A stretch of DNA of 54,679 nucleotides. Source: an uncultured Bdellovibrionales bacterium (GTDB taxonomy: Bacteria; Patescibacteriota; Minisyncoccia; Moranbacterales; DUUL01). The position numbers were made by a program, and so were the translations under genes. The stretch spans positions 1-54,679 of the forward strand of contig CAYQVD010000001.1 in assembly GCA_964421125.1 (NCBI GenBank), given 5' to 3'. Shown here piece after piece: positions 30,093-39,511 of this stretch; the first letter of the stretch is position 1, and each line of letters opens with the position of its first letter. Below the pieces are notes generated by a model that was not told the DNA's origin, searched no databases, and saw only the letters and a list, made by a program, of their open reading frames with translations.

Positions 30093-31319
30093 TTACTCGT
30101 ACCTCAAGGCTTCAATAGGGTTAAGCTTAGCAGCTTGCTGTGCTGGATAATAACCAAAGACAATTCCAATTAATGCCGAAACTCCAAACGCTAAAACGAC
30201 TGAATACCAAGTCACTTCAGTCTGCAAAACTCCCATTGCCGTCACGACATAAGAGATTCCCCATCCTAAAGCAACTCCTAGAATTCCTCCGATGAAAGTC
30301 AATACGATTGATTCAGCAAGAAACTGCTTATTGATATCAGCTTTTTTAGCACCAATTGCTTTTCTAAGACCAATCTCTCGAGTTCTTTCAGTAACGGTCG
30401 TCAACATCATATTCATAATTCCAATTCCACCCACTACCAACGAAATTCCAGCAACAGCTCCAAGAAGCATAGTCAATACACCAGTAATAGACGAGGCAGT
30501 TTCGATAATATCAGATTGATTCATAACACTAAAATCTGCATCATCAATACTCGCTATTCCATGTTCACTTAAAAGAATTTCTTCAACTTGAACTTGTGCA
30601 GTATCCATTGAATCTTGATCGATAACTTGAATATTTATAGTCGAAACATATTCACTTCCAGAAAGATACTGTTGGGAAGTAGAAAGTGGAATAAAAATCA
30701 TCTCATCACTACTTCCAAATCCACTACCTCCCTTTTCAACAGTCGTGCCGATTATTGAAAAATCAATTCCGTTTATTTTTATTTTTTTACCAATCACCTC
30801 ATCAATATCAATATCCTCAAATAAATCCTCAACAACACTTGGACCCAAAACTGCTACTTTTGACATTTTCAGGTCATGTTGTTCTGTGATAAAAGAACCA
30901 TTCTCAATTTCCATATTTCTTACTTCCAAATAAGAAGCATTTGTCCCAGCAACAGAAGAGTTAGTATTGTTGCCGTTAATCACTATTTGATACTTCCCAG
31001 ATTCTTCAGGAGCAACATTTTCTATCAAACTTAATCCTGAAATTGCTTCAGCATCAGAAAGCTCCAAAGAGTTAGCACTTCCACTACTTCCTCGAACCTG
31101 AGAACCAGGTCCCTGGCTTTTCCCAGGTCTCACAGTCAATAGATTCGAACCAACTGACTCAATACTCTCCTCAATTGAATTCTGTGCTCCAACCCCAATT
31201 GCCAACATTGCAATTACTGAAGCAATCCCAATCACAATACCCAACATCGTAAGACCAGTTCTTACTTTATTTGAAGTTAATCCACCGACTATTTCTTGAT
31301 ATAAATCTGAAGTTATCAT
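30093..31319 (-). CDS. MacB/FtsX-family ABC permease (copy A)
   Basis: LTMLGIVIGIASV, SLVVGGIGIMNMM, ERTREIGLRKAIGA, LNPIEALRYE. Confidence 0.95.
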   Translation of the reverse strand: MITSDLYQEIVGGLTSNKVRTGLTMLGIVIGIASVIAMLAIGVGAQNSIEESIESVGSNLLTVRPGKSQGPGSQVRGSSGSANSLELSDAEAISGLSLIENVAPEESGKYQIVINGNNTNSSVAGTNASYLEVRNMEIENGSFITEQHDLKMSKVAVLGPSVVEDLFEDIDIDEVIGKKIKINGIDFSIIGTTVEKGGSGFGSSDEMIFIPLSTSQQYLSGSEYVSTINIQVIDQDSMDTAQVQVEEILLSEHGIASIDDADFSVMNQSDIIETASSITGVLTMLLGAVAGISLVVGGIGIMNMMLTTVTERTREIGLRKAIGAKKADINKQFLAESIVLTFIGGILGVALGWGISYVVTAMGVLQTEVTWYSVVLAFGVSALIGIVFGYYPAQQAAKLNPIEALRYE

Positions 31320-31331
31320 CTATTTATTCCT

Positions 31332-32021
31332 TTATTTCATTATTTTTCTGTCCTCCACTAACAATCCGTCCCGAATATAAATCACCCTATCCGCATGTAA
31401 CGCAACTTCTTCTTCATGAGTAATTAACAAAACTGTATGTCCTTTTTCTTTATTCAACTTATCAAAAGTACCAAGGACAAGCTCCCCAGTCTTAGTGTCT
31501 AAATTTCCAGTTGGTTCATCTGCTAAAATCAAAGATGGATCGTTCACAAGGGCTCGAGCAATTGCAACTCTTTGAATTTGGCCTCCAGAAAGCTCATTCG
31601 AAAGATGACCCCAACGCTCTTTTATTATTCCAACAGAATTCAAAGCTTTTTCGACTTTTAACATCCTTTCTTCAACAGGTGTTTCATTATAAATAAGTGG
31701 CAACATTACATTCCTAATTACCGATGTTCGAGGTAAAAGATTAAAAGACTGAAAAACAAACCCAATTTTTCTCATTCTAATTTCAGCTAACGCATCATCA
31801 GAAAGCTTCGAAACATCTTTTCCTCCTAACTTATAAGTCCCCCTTGTTGGAGAATCAAGTGCTCCTAAAATATGCATCATAGTTGATTTTCCAGAGCCGC
31901 TAGGACCCATAATTGCCACATATTCTCCTTTTTCAATTCTAAAAGAAACGTCTTTCAATGCAACTGTCTCATTAGAGGAACCACTTTTATATATTTTTGT
32001 AATATTATCACACTCAATCAT
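31332..32021 (-). CDS. MacB/LolD-family ABC ATPase (copy A)
   Basis: GPSGSGKST, LSGGQ, LADEPTGNLD; start set from the paralog at 52253. Confidence 0.95.
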   Translation of the reverse strand: MIECDNITKIYKSGSSNETVALKDVSFRIEKGEYVAIMGPSGSGKSTMMHILGALDSPTRGTYKLGGKDVSKLSDDALAEIRMRKIGFVFQSFNLLPRTSVIRNVMLPLIYNETPVEERMLKVEKALNSVGIIKERWGHLSNELSGGQIQRVAIARALVNDPSLILADEPTGNLDTKTGELVLGTFDKLNKEKGHTVLLITHEEEVALHADRVIYIRDGLLVEDRKIMK

Positions 32022-32037
32022 TTCTTTTTGTAAAAAG

Positions 32038-33198
32038 TTAACGCTTTCCTCCTCCCATTTTAACTGAATCAAGTAAGCCAGCAGCCTCCTTTTCGTAAGA
32101 ACCACTGCTTGAACTAGTGCTCATTTTTATTACTATAATATCACCCACATTAATATCACCACTCACAATTTCAGTTACCACATCATCTGTTAGACCTGCT
32201 TCAATTACTTGTTTTTCTATCTTAAATTTCTGGATTGAATCATCTCCATTTATTGATGATGTATTAGTCTGCAATACTTGAATATAAGTTGAACCACCAT
32301 CATTAGTTTTGATCGCTGAATTAGAAACCTGGAGAACATTTTCCCTTGAATCAACTGCAATTTCAGCATTTACACTCATTCCTGGTTTGAGTAATTCACT
32401 ATTAGATTCAAAAGAAATCTCCGCATTATAAGAAACAACATTCTGGGATACCTTACCAATTGTATCAATTTTACTAATTTCCCCTTCCATAACAACTCCA
32501 GAAAGAGCATCAAAAGTAAGAATGACTTTATTTCCCTTTTTCACCATCACTGCGTCAACTTCATTAAGAGAAATCTCTGCATGCATTGCTTCAGTAATTA
32601 CAGAAGCGATCACATCACTTTGCGAAACCGAATCTCCCACTCCAACACTTAAGCCAGTAACAATTCCATCAAATGGAGCTCGTATATAATAATCTTCTAA
32701 ATCATTTTGAGCATCACTTAAAGACGCTTGTTTTTGTTGTACTGAAATCTCTTGAGATTGTCTTTTCCATTTCTCTTCAACTGTTTCGTTATCAAATTCA
32801 TTCTCAATCTCTTTTTGATTTATTAAAACTGATTCTAATCCAAGTTTGGCATTTCGAACAGATTTCATTGGGTCTGTTGTATCAAGCACTGCAATCAAAT
32901 CGTCCTTCTTAACTTCTTGGTCATTCTGAACTGCAACTTCAACAACATCAATTCCATCTCCTGCTTTCACTCCTTTCAAATCCACCTGACTTTCAGCATA
33001 AACCTGCCCTGTTCCCGTAACGATAATTTCAATATCATCCCGCTTAATTGTAGTCGTTTTCACATCATCGCCGCTATCAGTTTCGGAGCCATTATTATAT
33101 CCAAAATATATTGCACCCCCAATTACTAAAATAGCAATTCCAAACAAGAACTTATGCTTCCAGATTTTTTCACCAATATCGAACAACTTTTTCTTCAT
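32038..33198 (-). CDS. MacA/HlyD-family adaptor protein (copy A)
   Basis: N-terminal TM, IRAPFDGIV, LKPGMS. Confidence 0.92.
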   Translation of the reverse strand: MKKKLFDIGEKIWKHKFLFGIAILVIGGAIYFGYNNGSETDSGDDVKTTTIKRDDIEIIVTGTGQVYAESQVDLKGVKAGDGIDVVEVAVQNDQEVKKDDLIAVLDTTDPMKSVRNAKLGLESVLINQKEIENEFDNETVEEKWKRQSQEISVQQKQASLSDAQNDLEDYYIRAPFDGIVTGLSVGVGDSVSQSDVIASVITEAMHAEISLNEVDAVMVKKGNKVILTFDALSGVVMEGEISKIDTIGKVSQNVVSYNAEISFESNSELLKPGMSVNAEIAVDSRENVLQVSNSAIKTNDGGSTYIQVLQTNTSSINGDDSIQKFKIEKQVIEAGLTDDVVTEIVSGDINVGDIIVIKMSTSSSSGSYEKEAAGLLDSVKMGGGKR

Positions 33199-33220
33199 GA
33201 TTATATATTAATAAATTACC

Positions 33221-33742
33221 CTATCTGACCATTATTCGTTCCGCTGTTTCCTCTCCATCTAAAGTCCAAATAGAAATCATATTTCCCTCCTCAAGATCAC
33301 TCTTTGAAATTTCCTCTGGCTCACTGTCACTCCTCATGTCTGGCCCTCTTCATCTTTCTGCTCCCTTCACATAAGAAGTTCCTTCTGCAAGAATAATTGT
33401 CACTTCTCCAGAAATCGTTGGGGTTGGTCTTTCAGAAGATGTTTGTTCGCCAGGGACTTTTCCTTCACCACGATTACCACCCATATTAGACATATCAAAT
33501 TGCTCAACAACAATTGAATCACCATTTATTTCCTTAATTTTTCCAATAACATCTGGCTTATCTCCTTCTCTGCTAAATTCTCTTTTTTCTCCAGCATTAC
33601 CAATCTTAATTTCTTGTCCATTTTCAAGTTGAAGAACACTTGAATTTTTACTAGCTTTTTTCTTTGATACTACATTACTAAGAGCATAACCTCCACTGGC
33701 TAAAACTGCAATACTCACAATAACAATTAAACCTTTTTTCAT
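33221..33742 (-). pseudogene. Membrane-anchored accessory protein of the ABC operon (copy A) with in-frame TGA at 33350-33352
   Basis: Frame continues past TGA to ...ISIWTLDGEETAERIMVR*, matching the intact paralog 53465-54004. Confidence 0.85.
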
Positions 33743-33861
33743 TTTTAATATATAATTATTTATCACAAAAGACGTTCAGCCTCCATTACTATGTAAGATA
33801 CGAATATATGTGGAGATGTTTGCATGATTATACAATATTTAATGTTTATAAACAAAAATAG

Positions 33862-33998
33862 CTAAACCAACACCAAAAGCTGACCTACTTGTTTAATAAC
33901 AATATCAACGTTCACCTCCCTATTTAACCACTTAAAAGTTCGAACTTCGTCCGCCAAACGAAGCACCTGTTTTTAAGCCTTTATTTAAAGGCTTTTTT
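33862..33998 (+). repeat. Junction repeat R2 (chimeric: long left arm, short-type middle)
   Basis: ccaaaagctgacctac...aaaagttcgaacttcgtccgccaaacgaagc...aagcctttatttaaaggctttttt. Confidence 0.9.
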
Positions 33999-34095
33999 GA
34001 TACTTGAACTGATGCTCTCCCTTAGACTTTCTTTAAATTTAAAAGCCTCAGAATTATCCAAGGCTTTTGTAGTTAACACAGAACATCAAAACAAA

Positions 34096-34410
34096 TTAAT
34101 CTTTGTCAGGAAAAGCGATCATGGCAGGATCAACCCAATACTTTTTTATTTGAATTGCCAATCCTTCACGCCCCATTCCTGCTCGATAACGTACTTCCAC
34201 CAAACACAAATTCAGGGTACGGTTATATTTCAACAAAATAATCTGTTCAAATTTTACATTCAACCGACTTGAAAGAATTGCTCTTGGCACAAAGCCTATT
34301 TCTACTCTTTTATTGATATACTTTTCAATAAAAAAATCAGAAAACGCTTCAACTGCTACAGGTTGTGACAAAAACAATATCACCGCTAGCCATAAAAAAC
34401 ATCTTTTCAT
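34096..34410 (-). CDS. Cassette 3 hypothetical secreted protein
   Basis: AGGAGG before ATG 34410; signal peptide MKRCFLWLAVILFLSQPVAVEA. Confidence 0.7.
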   Translation of the reverse strand: MKRCFLWLAVILFLSQPVAVEAFSDFFIEKYINKRVEIGFVPRAILSSRLNVKFEQIILLKYNRTLNLCLVEVRYRAGMGREGLAIQIKKYWVDPAMIAFPDKD

Positions 34411-34533
34411 TGTCTGGTCCTCCTTTGTCAAAGTTCATTTTATTAACATTACTATTGATTATCAATCGTAACACATTATTTATCACAAATCAAGCCTATG
34501 TACAAAATGCTCTAGTTATATAGACATTGCATT

Positions 34534-34670
34534 TTAGATTAAAGCCAAAAGCTGACCTACTTGTTTTATTGTAATATCAACGTTCACCTCCCTGTTTAAC
34601 CACTTGAAAGTTCGAAAACTGTCCTGCCAAGCGAGCACCTGTTTTTAAGTCCTTATTCTAGGGCTTTTTT
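34534..34670 (+). repeat. Junction repeat R3 (long type)
   Basis: Long arm, aaagttcgaaaactgtcctgccaagcgagc, hairpin aagtccttattctagggctttttt. Confidence 0.9.
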
Positions 34671-34730
34671 GATACTTTGATTACTACCCTGCATCGGACG
34701 TTAGAGCTTTTTGGAAGATTATGGTAAAAT
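34671..34730 (+). promoter_or_regulatory. 60-bp promoter module A ending in extended -10 TGgTAAAAT
   Basis: Homologous 60-mers at 36216-36275 and 39512-39571. Confidence 0.65.
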
Positions 34731-34757
34731 TATTTTATAAATTATTAAAGACAAAAA

Positions 34758-36035
34758 ATGTCTGAACAAATGCCTTCTTTCGATAATACTAAAAAAAATA
34801 AAATCGAATCAAATAACGAAAGAGAAATAGTTTTCCCTCATGCAGAAAGTATCTTGAGGTTATTTAGAGATAAATATAAAGATGAACCAGAAAAAGCAGA
34901 CATAATGGAAGATGTTCTCTATGAATTTTTTGAACAAGAAATGAAAAATATCGAAGTTTTTGAATCAGAAAAATTCGAAGCATCCTTCCCTTGGACAGTC
35001 ATAAAAACAAAAGAATTAACTAAGAAAATTGTTGAGAAATATTCAAATAAAGATGAATTGGAAGAAAAATTAAATAACTTTACAGAAAAAGATGGGGTTA
35101 AAAAACAGGAATTTATTTTCAGCTCTGGTAGCATAATGAAGAGTGGCTACCCATTTACTTTTGTCGAGGAGGCTATGCATCAAGCGATAACTTCTCTTAA
35201 AAGCAATCTTCTTGATTTACAAGAAGGAGTAGAAATAAAAGATCAAGAAATTTATACAATAGGACTACCAACCAATGAACTTGGCAAAGTCGGTCCTAAA
35301 TTTCTAGAAAAATTAAAGTCAGATCCGTTTGACGCAATGGGTGAATTACAAGCTGAATTTATTCAATCTCATCTTCCAAAAAATGAAAATGAAGCACAGA
35401 GACTAAATATAAACCTCTATGGAATTTCTACTGGAGCAAGTCTAGCCGCAGCAACTGGAGAAAAATTAATGGCAGAAGGAGTTGTGTCTCAAGATATTAA
35501 AGATAAAGATACTCCCCGTCTTTCTGTAAGAATGGATTCACCAGTTGGACTAAGCAAATCAACAGCGAAAAATTGGCAAATACCATTAGGATATGTTGCT
35601 GAATTTGTATATCAAACTTTTAAAGATCCAAAATTTCGATTGGCCGATCCAAGTTTTATGAACCAAGTTAAAAAGGCTCTGAGTGAAAGAGGAATAACAG
35701 AAAATATGACAAGTAATGATAAAAAAATAAAAACAGAGGCAATTAATTCAGTAATTGGTAAATTAAAAGAAGGTGTTGATTTTGACGAAAACCTCAAGGT
35801 CACAAAAGTCACTGGAATATTAGACCCTTTAACTTTTTCACCAACGGAATACAAAACTGAAAAGGCTCGTCAGGAAATATCAGCAGGAACTTTAGGTCAA
35901 AATATTTCCCTTAGAACCGAAAAAAATAGAAGGGAGTTTATGATAAATCAAACACATACACCTGCCTTTTTCAGAGATAGTGAGTTAAAAAAGTATTATG
36001 AAACAGCTCGTCGTATAGAAAAATTAAAAAAATAA
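34758..36035 (+). CDS. Cassette 4 protein, possible alpha/beta hydrolase
   Basis: YGISTGASLA (GxSxG), TGILDPL, QTHTP in Ser-Asp-His order; ORF is solid, function is inferred. Confidence 0.6.
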   Translation: MSEQMPSFDNTKKNKIESNNEREIVFPHAESILRLFRDKYKDEPEKADIMEDVLYEFFEQEMKNIEVFESEKFEASFPWTVIKTKELTKKIVEKYSNKDELEEKLNNFTEKDGVKKQEFIFSSGSIMKSGYPFTFVEEAMHQAITSLKSNLLDLQEGVEIKDQEIYTIGLPTNELGKVGPKFLEKLKSDPFDAMGELQAEFIQSHLPKNENEAQRLNINLYGISTGASLAAATGEKLMAEGVVSQDIKDKDTPRLSVRMDSPVGLSKSTAKNWQIPLGYVAEFVYQTFKDPKFRLADPSFMNQVKKALSERGITENMTSNDKKIKTEAINSVIGKLKEGVDFDENLKVTKVTGILDPLTFSPTEYKTEKARQEISAGTLGQNISLRTEKNRREFMINQTHTPAFFRDSELKKYYETARRIEKLKK

Positions 36036-36077
36036 ATACAAGCTACTCACATTAAGAATGAATTCGGCTTAAACTTC

Positions 36078-36215
36078 TTACATCAAGCAGCTGATCCCCC
36101 TCTTAAAATCAACCATTTTAGCTAATTCCCTATTGATTCCTACCCAGTCAAAAGTTCTGAACATGCCCGCTAGGGGGAGCAAGATGAAATTAAGCCCTTA
36201 TTCTAGGGCTTTTTT
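36078..36215 (+). repeat. Junction repeat R4 (divergent left arm)
   Basis: aaaagttctgaacatgcccgctagggggagc, then aagcccttattctagggctttttt. Confidence 0.75.
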
Positions 36216-36300
36216 GATACTTTAGTTACTACCCCAAATCGAGCGTTAGGATTTTTTGGGAGATTGTGGTAGAATTTAGATATAAGTTATAAATAAAAGA

Positions 36301-36885
36301 ATGAATAAATTTTCTTTAATATTCTTTATTTTTTTCGGAATTATTTTATTGTCAGGATGTGGAGAAAGACAAATTGATCAAAATAACCAAGTCCCAATAA
36401 ATTTACCGTCTAATCAGAAAGACAACGGCATACAAAATATTAATAATCAACTAAAAAATATTTCTGGTAGTAAGTTAACTCTGGATAATTTTAAATATAT
36501 TCAATATGAATCATTAGATACTGAAGGATCAATAATACAAATAAAAATATCAAAAGATGGTTCATATTCCCTTGTGTTAAAAAACGGAAGAACATCAAAG
36601 GGTGGAGAAACAAACGAAGTTTTCGACAAATTAAAAATGGAAGAATTCATAAAGGACATAAATGACGTTATGAATGATGATTCTTACACTGACTTTTTTA
36701 ACTTAGAAGACAAATATACTATAAAAGTTGATAAAAAAGAAGATGAAGATCACGCATCTATTTTGATGAAAACTAATTTTGCAGAAAAAAAAGTTGCGGT
36801 CAATGGTTCAATGAAGGGAAAAGATGCAATGCCCGCTGCATTTTTAGGCATTCAAGGAAGGATAATGGCAATTACAAGCTATTAA
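36301..36885 (+). CDS. Cassette 5 putative lipoprotein
   Basis: Hydrophobic leader with lipobox LSGC. Confidence 0.75.
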   Translation: MNKFSLIFFIFFGIILLSGCGERQIDQNNQVPINLPSNQKDNGIQNINNQLKNISGSKLTLDNFKYIQYESLDTEGSIIQIKISKDGSYSLVLKNGRTSKGGETNEVFDKLKMEEFIKDINDVMNDDSYTDFFNLEDKYTIKVDKKEDEDHASILMKTNFAEKKVAVNGSMKGKDAMPAAFLGIQGRIMAITSY

Positions 36886-36925
36886 TAATATCTTTTGTAA
36901 TAAAATTAAATTATAAACAAAAAAA

Positions 36926-37522
36926 ATGAAAAAAGTATTAACAATGTGTGCAATTCTTATTTTTTCCAGCATTATACTCACTGGGTGTGCAACTACAAAA
37001 CAATTACCTGATAATTCAAAAATCGAAGATAGTGTAACTAATACTTCCATACCCCCTGTCGAAACTAAAAAACAATGTAATATTAAATGTGAACATCTAA
37101 TCACCTCTGAAAAGATTTCTCAACTAACTGGGATGAAAAAAACAGACGGAGGAACATGGGACAATGCAGAAGAAGGCTGTGTATATTCACCTAAGGCAAT
37201 TTTTTACATTGTTTGTAACCCGAAAAGCGAAGATGGATTCAAGGAATTCGCCTACGGTATTATAGATAGTAATGTACAATCCACTAAGGCACTTAGTTCT
37301 GATAATCTTATTTTTGAAGAAAAAGAAAATGAAATTGGCAGAACATCCTACTCATCATACATCGGCGCAAACGAAGCTATGGGTAGCGCAATTATTCTTT
37401 ATATAGATCCAGAAACTGGATATTTTGTTTCTGTCCAGCTAAGAGATTTTTCAAAATCCAAAGAAGAAATTAAATCTACTACCAAATTAATCGCAAAAGA
37501 AATTGAAAATAATCTTAAATAA
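36926..37522 (+). CDS. Cassette 5 second putative lipoprotein
   Basis: Lipobox LTGC; four further Cys in the mature part. Confidence 0.75.
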   Translation: MKKVLTMCAILIFSSIILTGCATTKQLPDNSKIEDSVTNTSIPPVETKKQCNIKCEHLITSEKISQLTGMKKTDGGTWDNAEEGCVYSPKAIFYIVCNPKSEDGFKEFAYGIIDSNVQSTKALSSDNLIFEEKENEIGRTSYSSYIGANEAMGSAIILYIDPETGYFVSVQLRDFSKSKEEIKSTTKLIAKEIENNLK

Positions 37523-37641
37523 TATTTACATTTTAAAAACATATACAAACTAGTAATCTCTGTTATCAAAAAAGATTTAATTTTAAAAAAAGTATAAGAG
37601 GAAGGCTTAAAAAATACTAAAAAATTGTTAAAAATCACTGA

Positions 37642-37719
37642 TTAAACAAAAGCGATTCGAACTTCGTCCGCCAAACGGAGCAAAGCACAATAAAATGACC
37701 ATTTAAATGGTCATTTTTT
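37642..37719 (+). repeat. Junction repeat R5 (short type, different hairpin)
   Basis: acaaaagcgattcgaacttcgtccgccaaacggagc, then aaaatgaccatttaaatggtcatttttt. Confidence 0.9.
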
Positions 37720-37734
37720 GTGCTTTTATTTTTA

Positions 37735-37798
37735 TTTACAACTAATAAGCTTTGTGATATTCTAACTCTTCTATTCTTTGAAAACTAAATAATAAATA
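37735..37798 (+). promoter_or_regulatory. Promoter/5'UTR module B (TTTACA-N17-TATTCT, then tgaaaactaaataataaat)
   Basis: Homologs start at 38756 and 40951. Confidence 0.65.
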
Positions 37799-37847
37799 TT
37801 ATACGAATACAACTTCCAAAAAACTTTTAACTCAGGAGGAAAAGGCT

Positions 37848-38279
37848 ATGTTTAACAAAAAACTTTTTTTGAAAGTGCTGGTTCTCCAATGCACCACACT
37901 TAATCTAACATATGGACAGATATGGGCTCTTGCACCAAATGTCTTTGCAGTTATGATCAGACCCATAAAAGACGAAATAGACTGGAAAGTTCTTTTTTAT
38001 TTTGATCACCGAGAAGTAAAAAAACGAGACAAGGATAGCAAGGAACATCTTATGGCCAGAGAAGTCCAACTGCTAATAATGAATGGATTTACCGTTGAAA
38101 CATTACCTGATAACGTTGGTACCGCCTATTTTAATATTGATCCCACTGGATATCAATCGGCAAATGTTATCAACTATGCATCTCAAATTTTTGCCAAGAC
38201 AGATAATAATGAAATCTCGTGGTTTGATAACGCAGAAGTGTTGCCCGCGCCTTTGAATGAAATGGTAAGGGAAAGTTAA
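37848..38279 (+). CDS. Cassette 6 hypothetical protein
   Basis: AGGAGG SD; 143 aa. Confidence 0.75.
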   Translation: MFNKKLFLKVLVLQCTTLNLTYGQIWALAPNVFAVMIRPIKDEIDWKVLFYFDHREVKKRDKDSKEHLMAREVQLLIMNGFTVETLPDNVGTAYFNIDPTGYQSANVINYASQIFAKTDNNEISWFDNAEVLPAPLNEMVRES

Positions 38280-38308
38280 TAGTTCAACTATTTAAAAAGG
38301 AGTTATCA

Positions 38309-38482
38309 ATGACAAAAAAAATTAAATTGGATGAGAAACAAACAGAAGCCATCAAAAAAGCTCTACTTTCAGCTTATGAAGGTGGTAAAAATGACACAAC
38401 GGCTCTTAATGTGGGGATGGAAGAATTAATAGATGGTCCTGTCAATAAAATAGAAAAGGTTATGAAAGAATTTTTTGAATAA
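38309..38482 (+). CDS. Cassette 6 small hypothetical protein (57 aa, not in the ORF track)
   Basis: AAGGAG SD; MTKKIKLDEKQTEAIKKALLSAYEGG...KEFFE*; terminator at 38525-38560. Confidence 0.65.
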   Translation: MTKKIKLDEKQTEAIKKALLSAYEGGKNDTTALNVGMEELIDGPVNKIEKVMKEFFE

Positions 38483-38566
38483 CCTCTGACCATCTTCTTA
38501 AAAACTGCATCACTTAAAACAAGTAAGCCCATCAAGTATAAATATACTTTGATGGGTTTTCTGTTT

Positions 38567-38734
38567 TTATACCAAAGCCAAAAGCTGTCCTATTTGTTTT
38601 ATAGTAATATCAACGTTCACCTCCCTATTTAACCACTTAAAAGTTCGAAAACTGTCCTGCTCGCCTCGCTGAAGCTTTAACGAAGTGAGCCAAGCGGAGT
38701 AAACAAAATTAAGCCCTTATTTTAGGGATTTTTT
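38567..38734 (+). repeat. Junction repeat R6 (long type with 30-bp palindromic insertion)
   Basis: As R3 plus tcgcctcgctgaagctttaacgaagtgagc at 38661-38690. Confidence 0.9.
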
Positions 38735-38845
38735 GTATAATTTTAATTATTTTTATTTACAACCAATAAATTCCATGATATCTTAATTCTTCTAGTTTTT
38801 TGAAAACTAAATAATAAATTTATTAATAAATTCTGGAGGTAAGTT

Positions 38846-39271
38846 ATGTCGAAAAAAATATTAGAGTATTTTTTCGCAGTAACAATGAATTCTATTTACA
38901 AGGTTGTCCTTAATGAAAATAATTATCCTTTTGCTCATGAAATTGATTCGCAAGATAAGTTAACTAATGGAATGTTGGCTATATCTAAGAACTTGCAGTT
39001 CTACAATCCTGAAAAGCATAGCACGTTATCTTCGAAAACTTCTGTTAAACAAGGATTGGAACATGTAAATACTCAATGGTGGGGACAAGAAACCTCAGAT
39101 ATTGTAGCCCTTTTTCTCGACGAAAAAGAGGCATCCGATTGTTCCAAGGTTCCTAATACAAAACCTTACGATTCTCGCTGGATTAAACAAACTAAAAAGG
39201 TAATAGAAGCCATAAGACAAAATCATCCTGATGTCACGGTCTGTTATGACTCTGACTTGAGAATTTATTAA
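38846..39271 (+). CDS. Cassette 7 hypothetical protein (paralog of 41040-41465)
   Basis: GGAGG SD; shares WWGQETSDIVALFLDEKEASDC. Confidence 0.8.
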   Translation: MSKKILEYFFAVTMNSIYKVVLNENNYPFAHEIDSQDKLTNGMLAISKNLQFYNPEKHSTLSSKTSVKQGLEHVNTQWWGQETSDIVALFLDEKEASDCSKVPNTKPYDSRWIKQTKKVIEAIRQNHPDVTVCYDSDLRIY

Positions 39272-39345
39272 TTAGAAAAATAAAGAGAGGAGACCTTATT
39301 AAAAAAATATCGTCTCTTTTTTTATATAAAAATAACCCTAGCTCA

Positions 39346-39511
39346 CTAAGCCAAAGCCAAAAGTTAACCTATTTGTTTAATAATAATATTTATATTTCTT
39401 CCCTATTAAACCGCTTAAAGGTTGAAAATATATTCTGCTCGCCTATCTAAATTCTTGGCGAAGCGAACCAATAAAACACAAAAAATTAAGCCCTTATTTT
39501 AGGGCTTTTTT
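39346..39511 (+). repeat. Junction repeat R7 (degenerate long type)
   Basis: ccaaagccaaaagttaacc...aaaggttgaaaa...aagcccttattttagggctttttt. Confidence 0.8.

Noticed and set aside
32022-32105. N-terminal extension of ABC ATPase copy A
   Set aside because: Overlaps the upstream gene; the paralog starts at the equivalent of 32021
33350-33352. Genome-wide genetic code 25 (TGA=Gly)
   Set aside because: Long conserved genes are open under code 11, and TGA terminates genes such as galT at the expected position
33997-34272. 91-aa plus-strand ORF
   Set aside because: Starts in a terminator T-tract and overlaps the better-supported minus gene with SD and signal peptide
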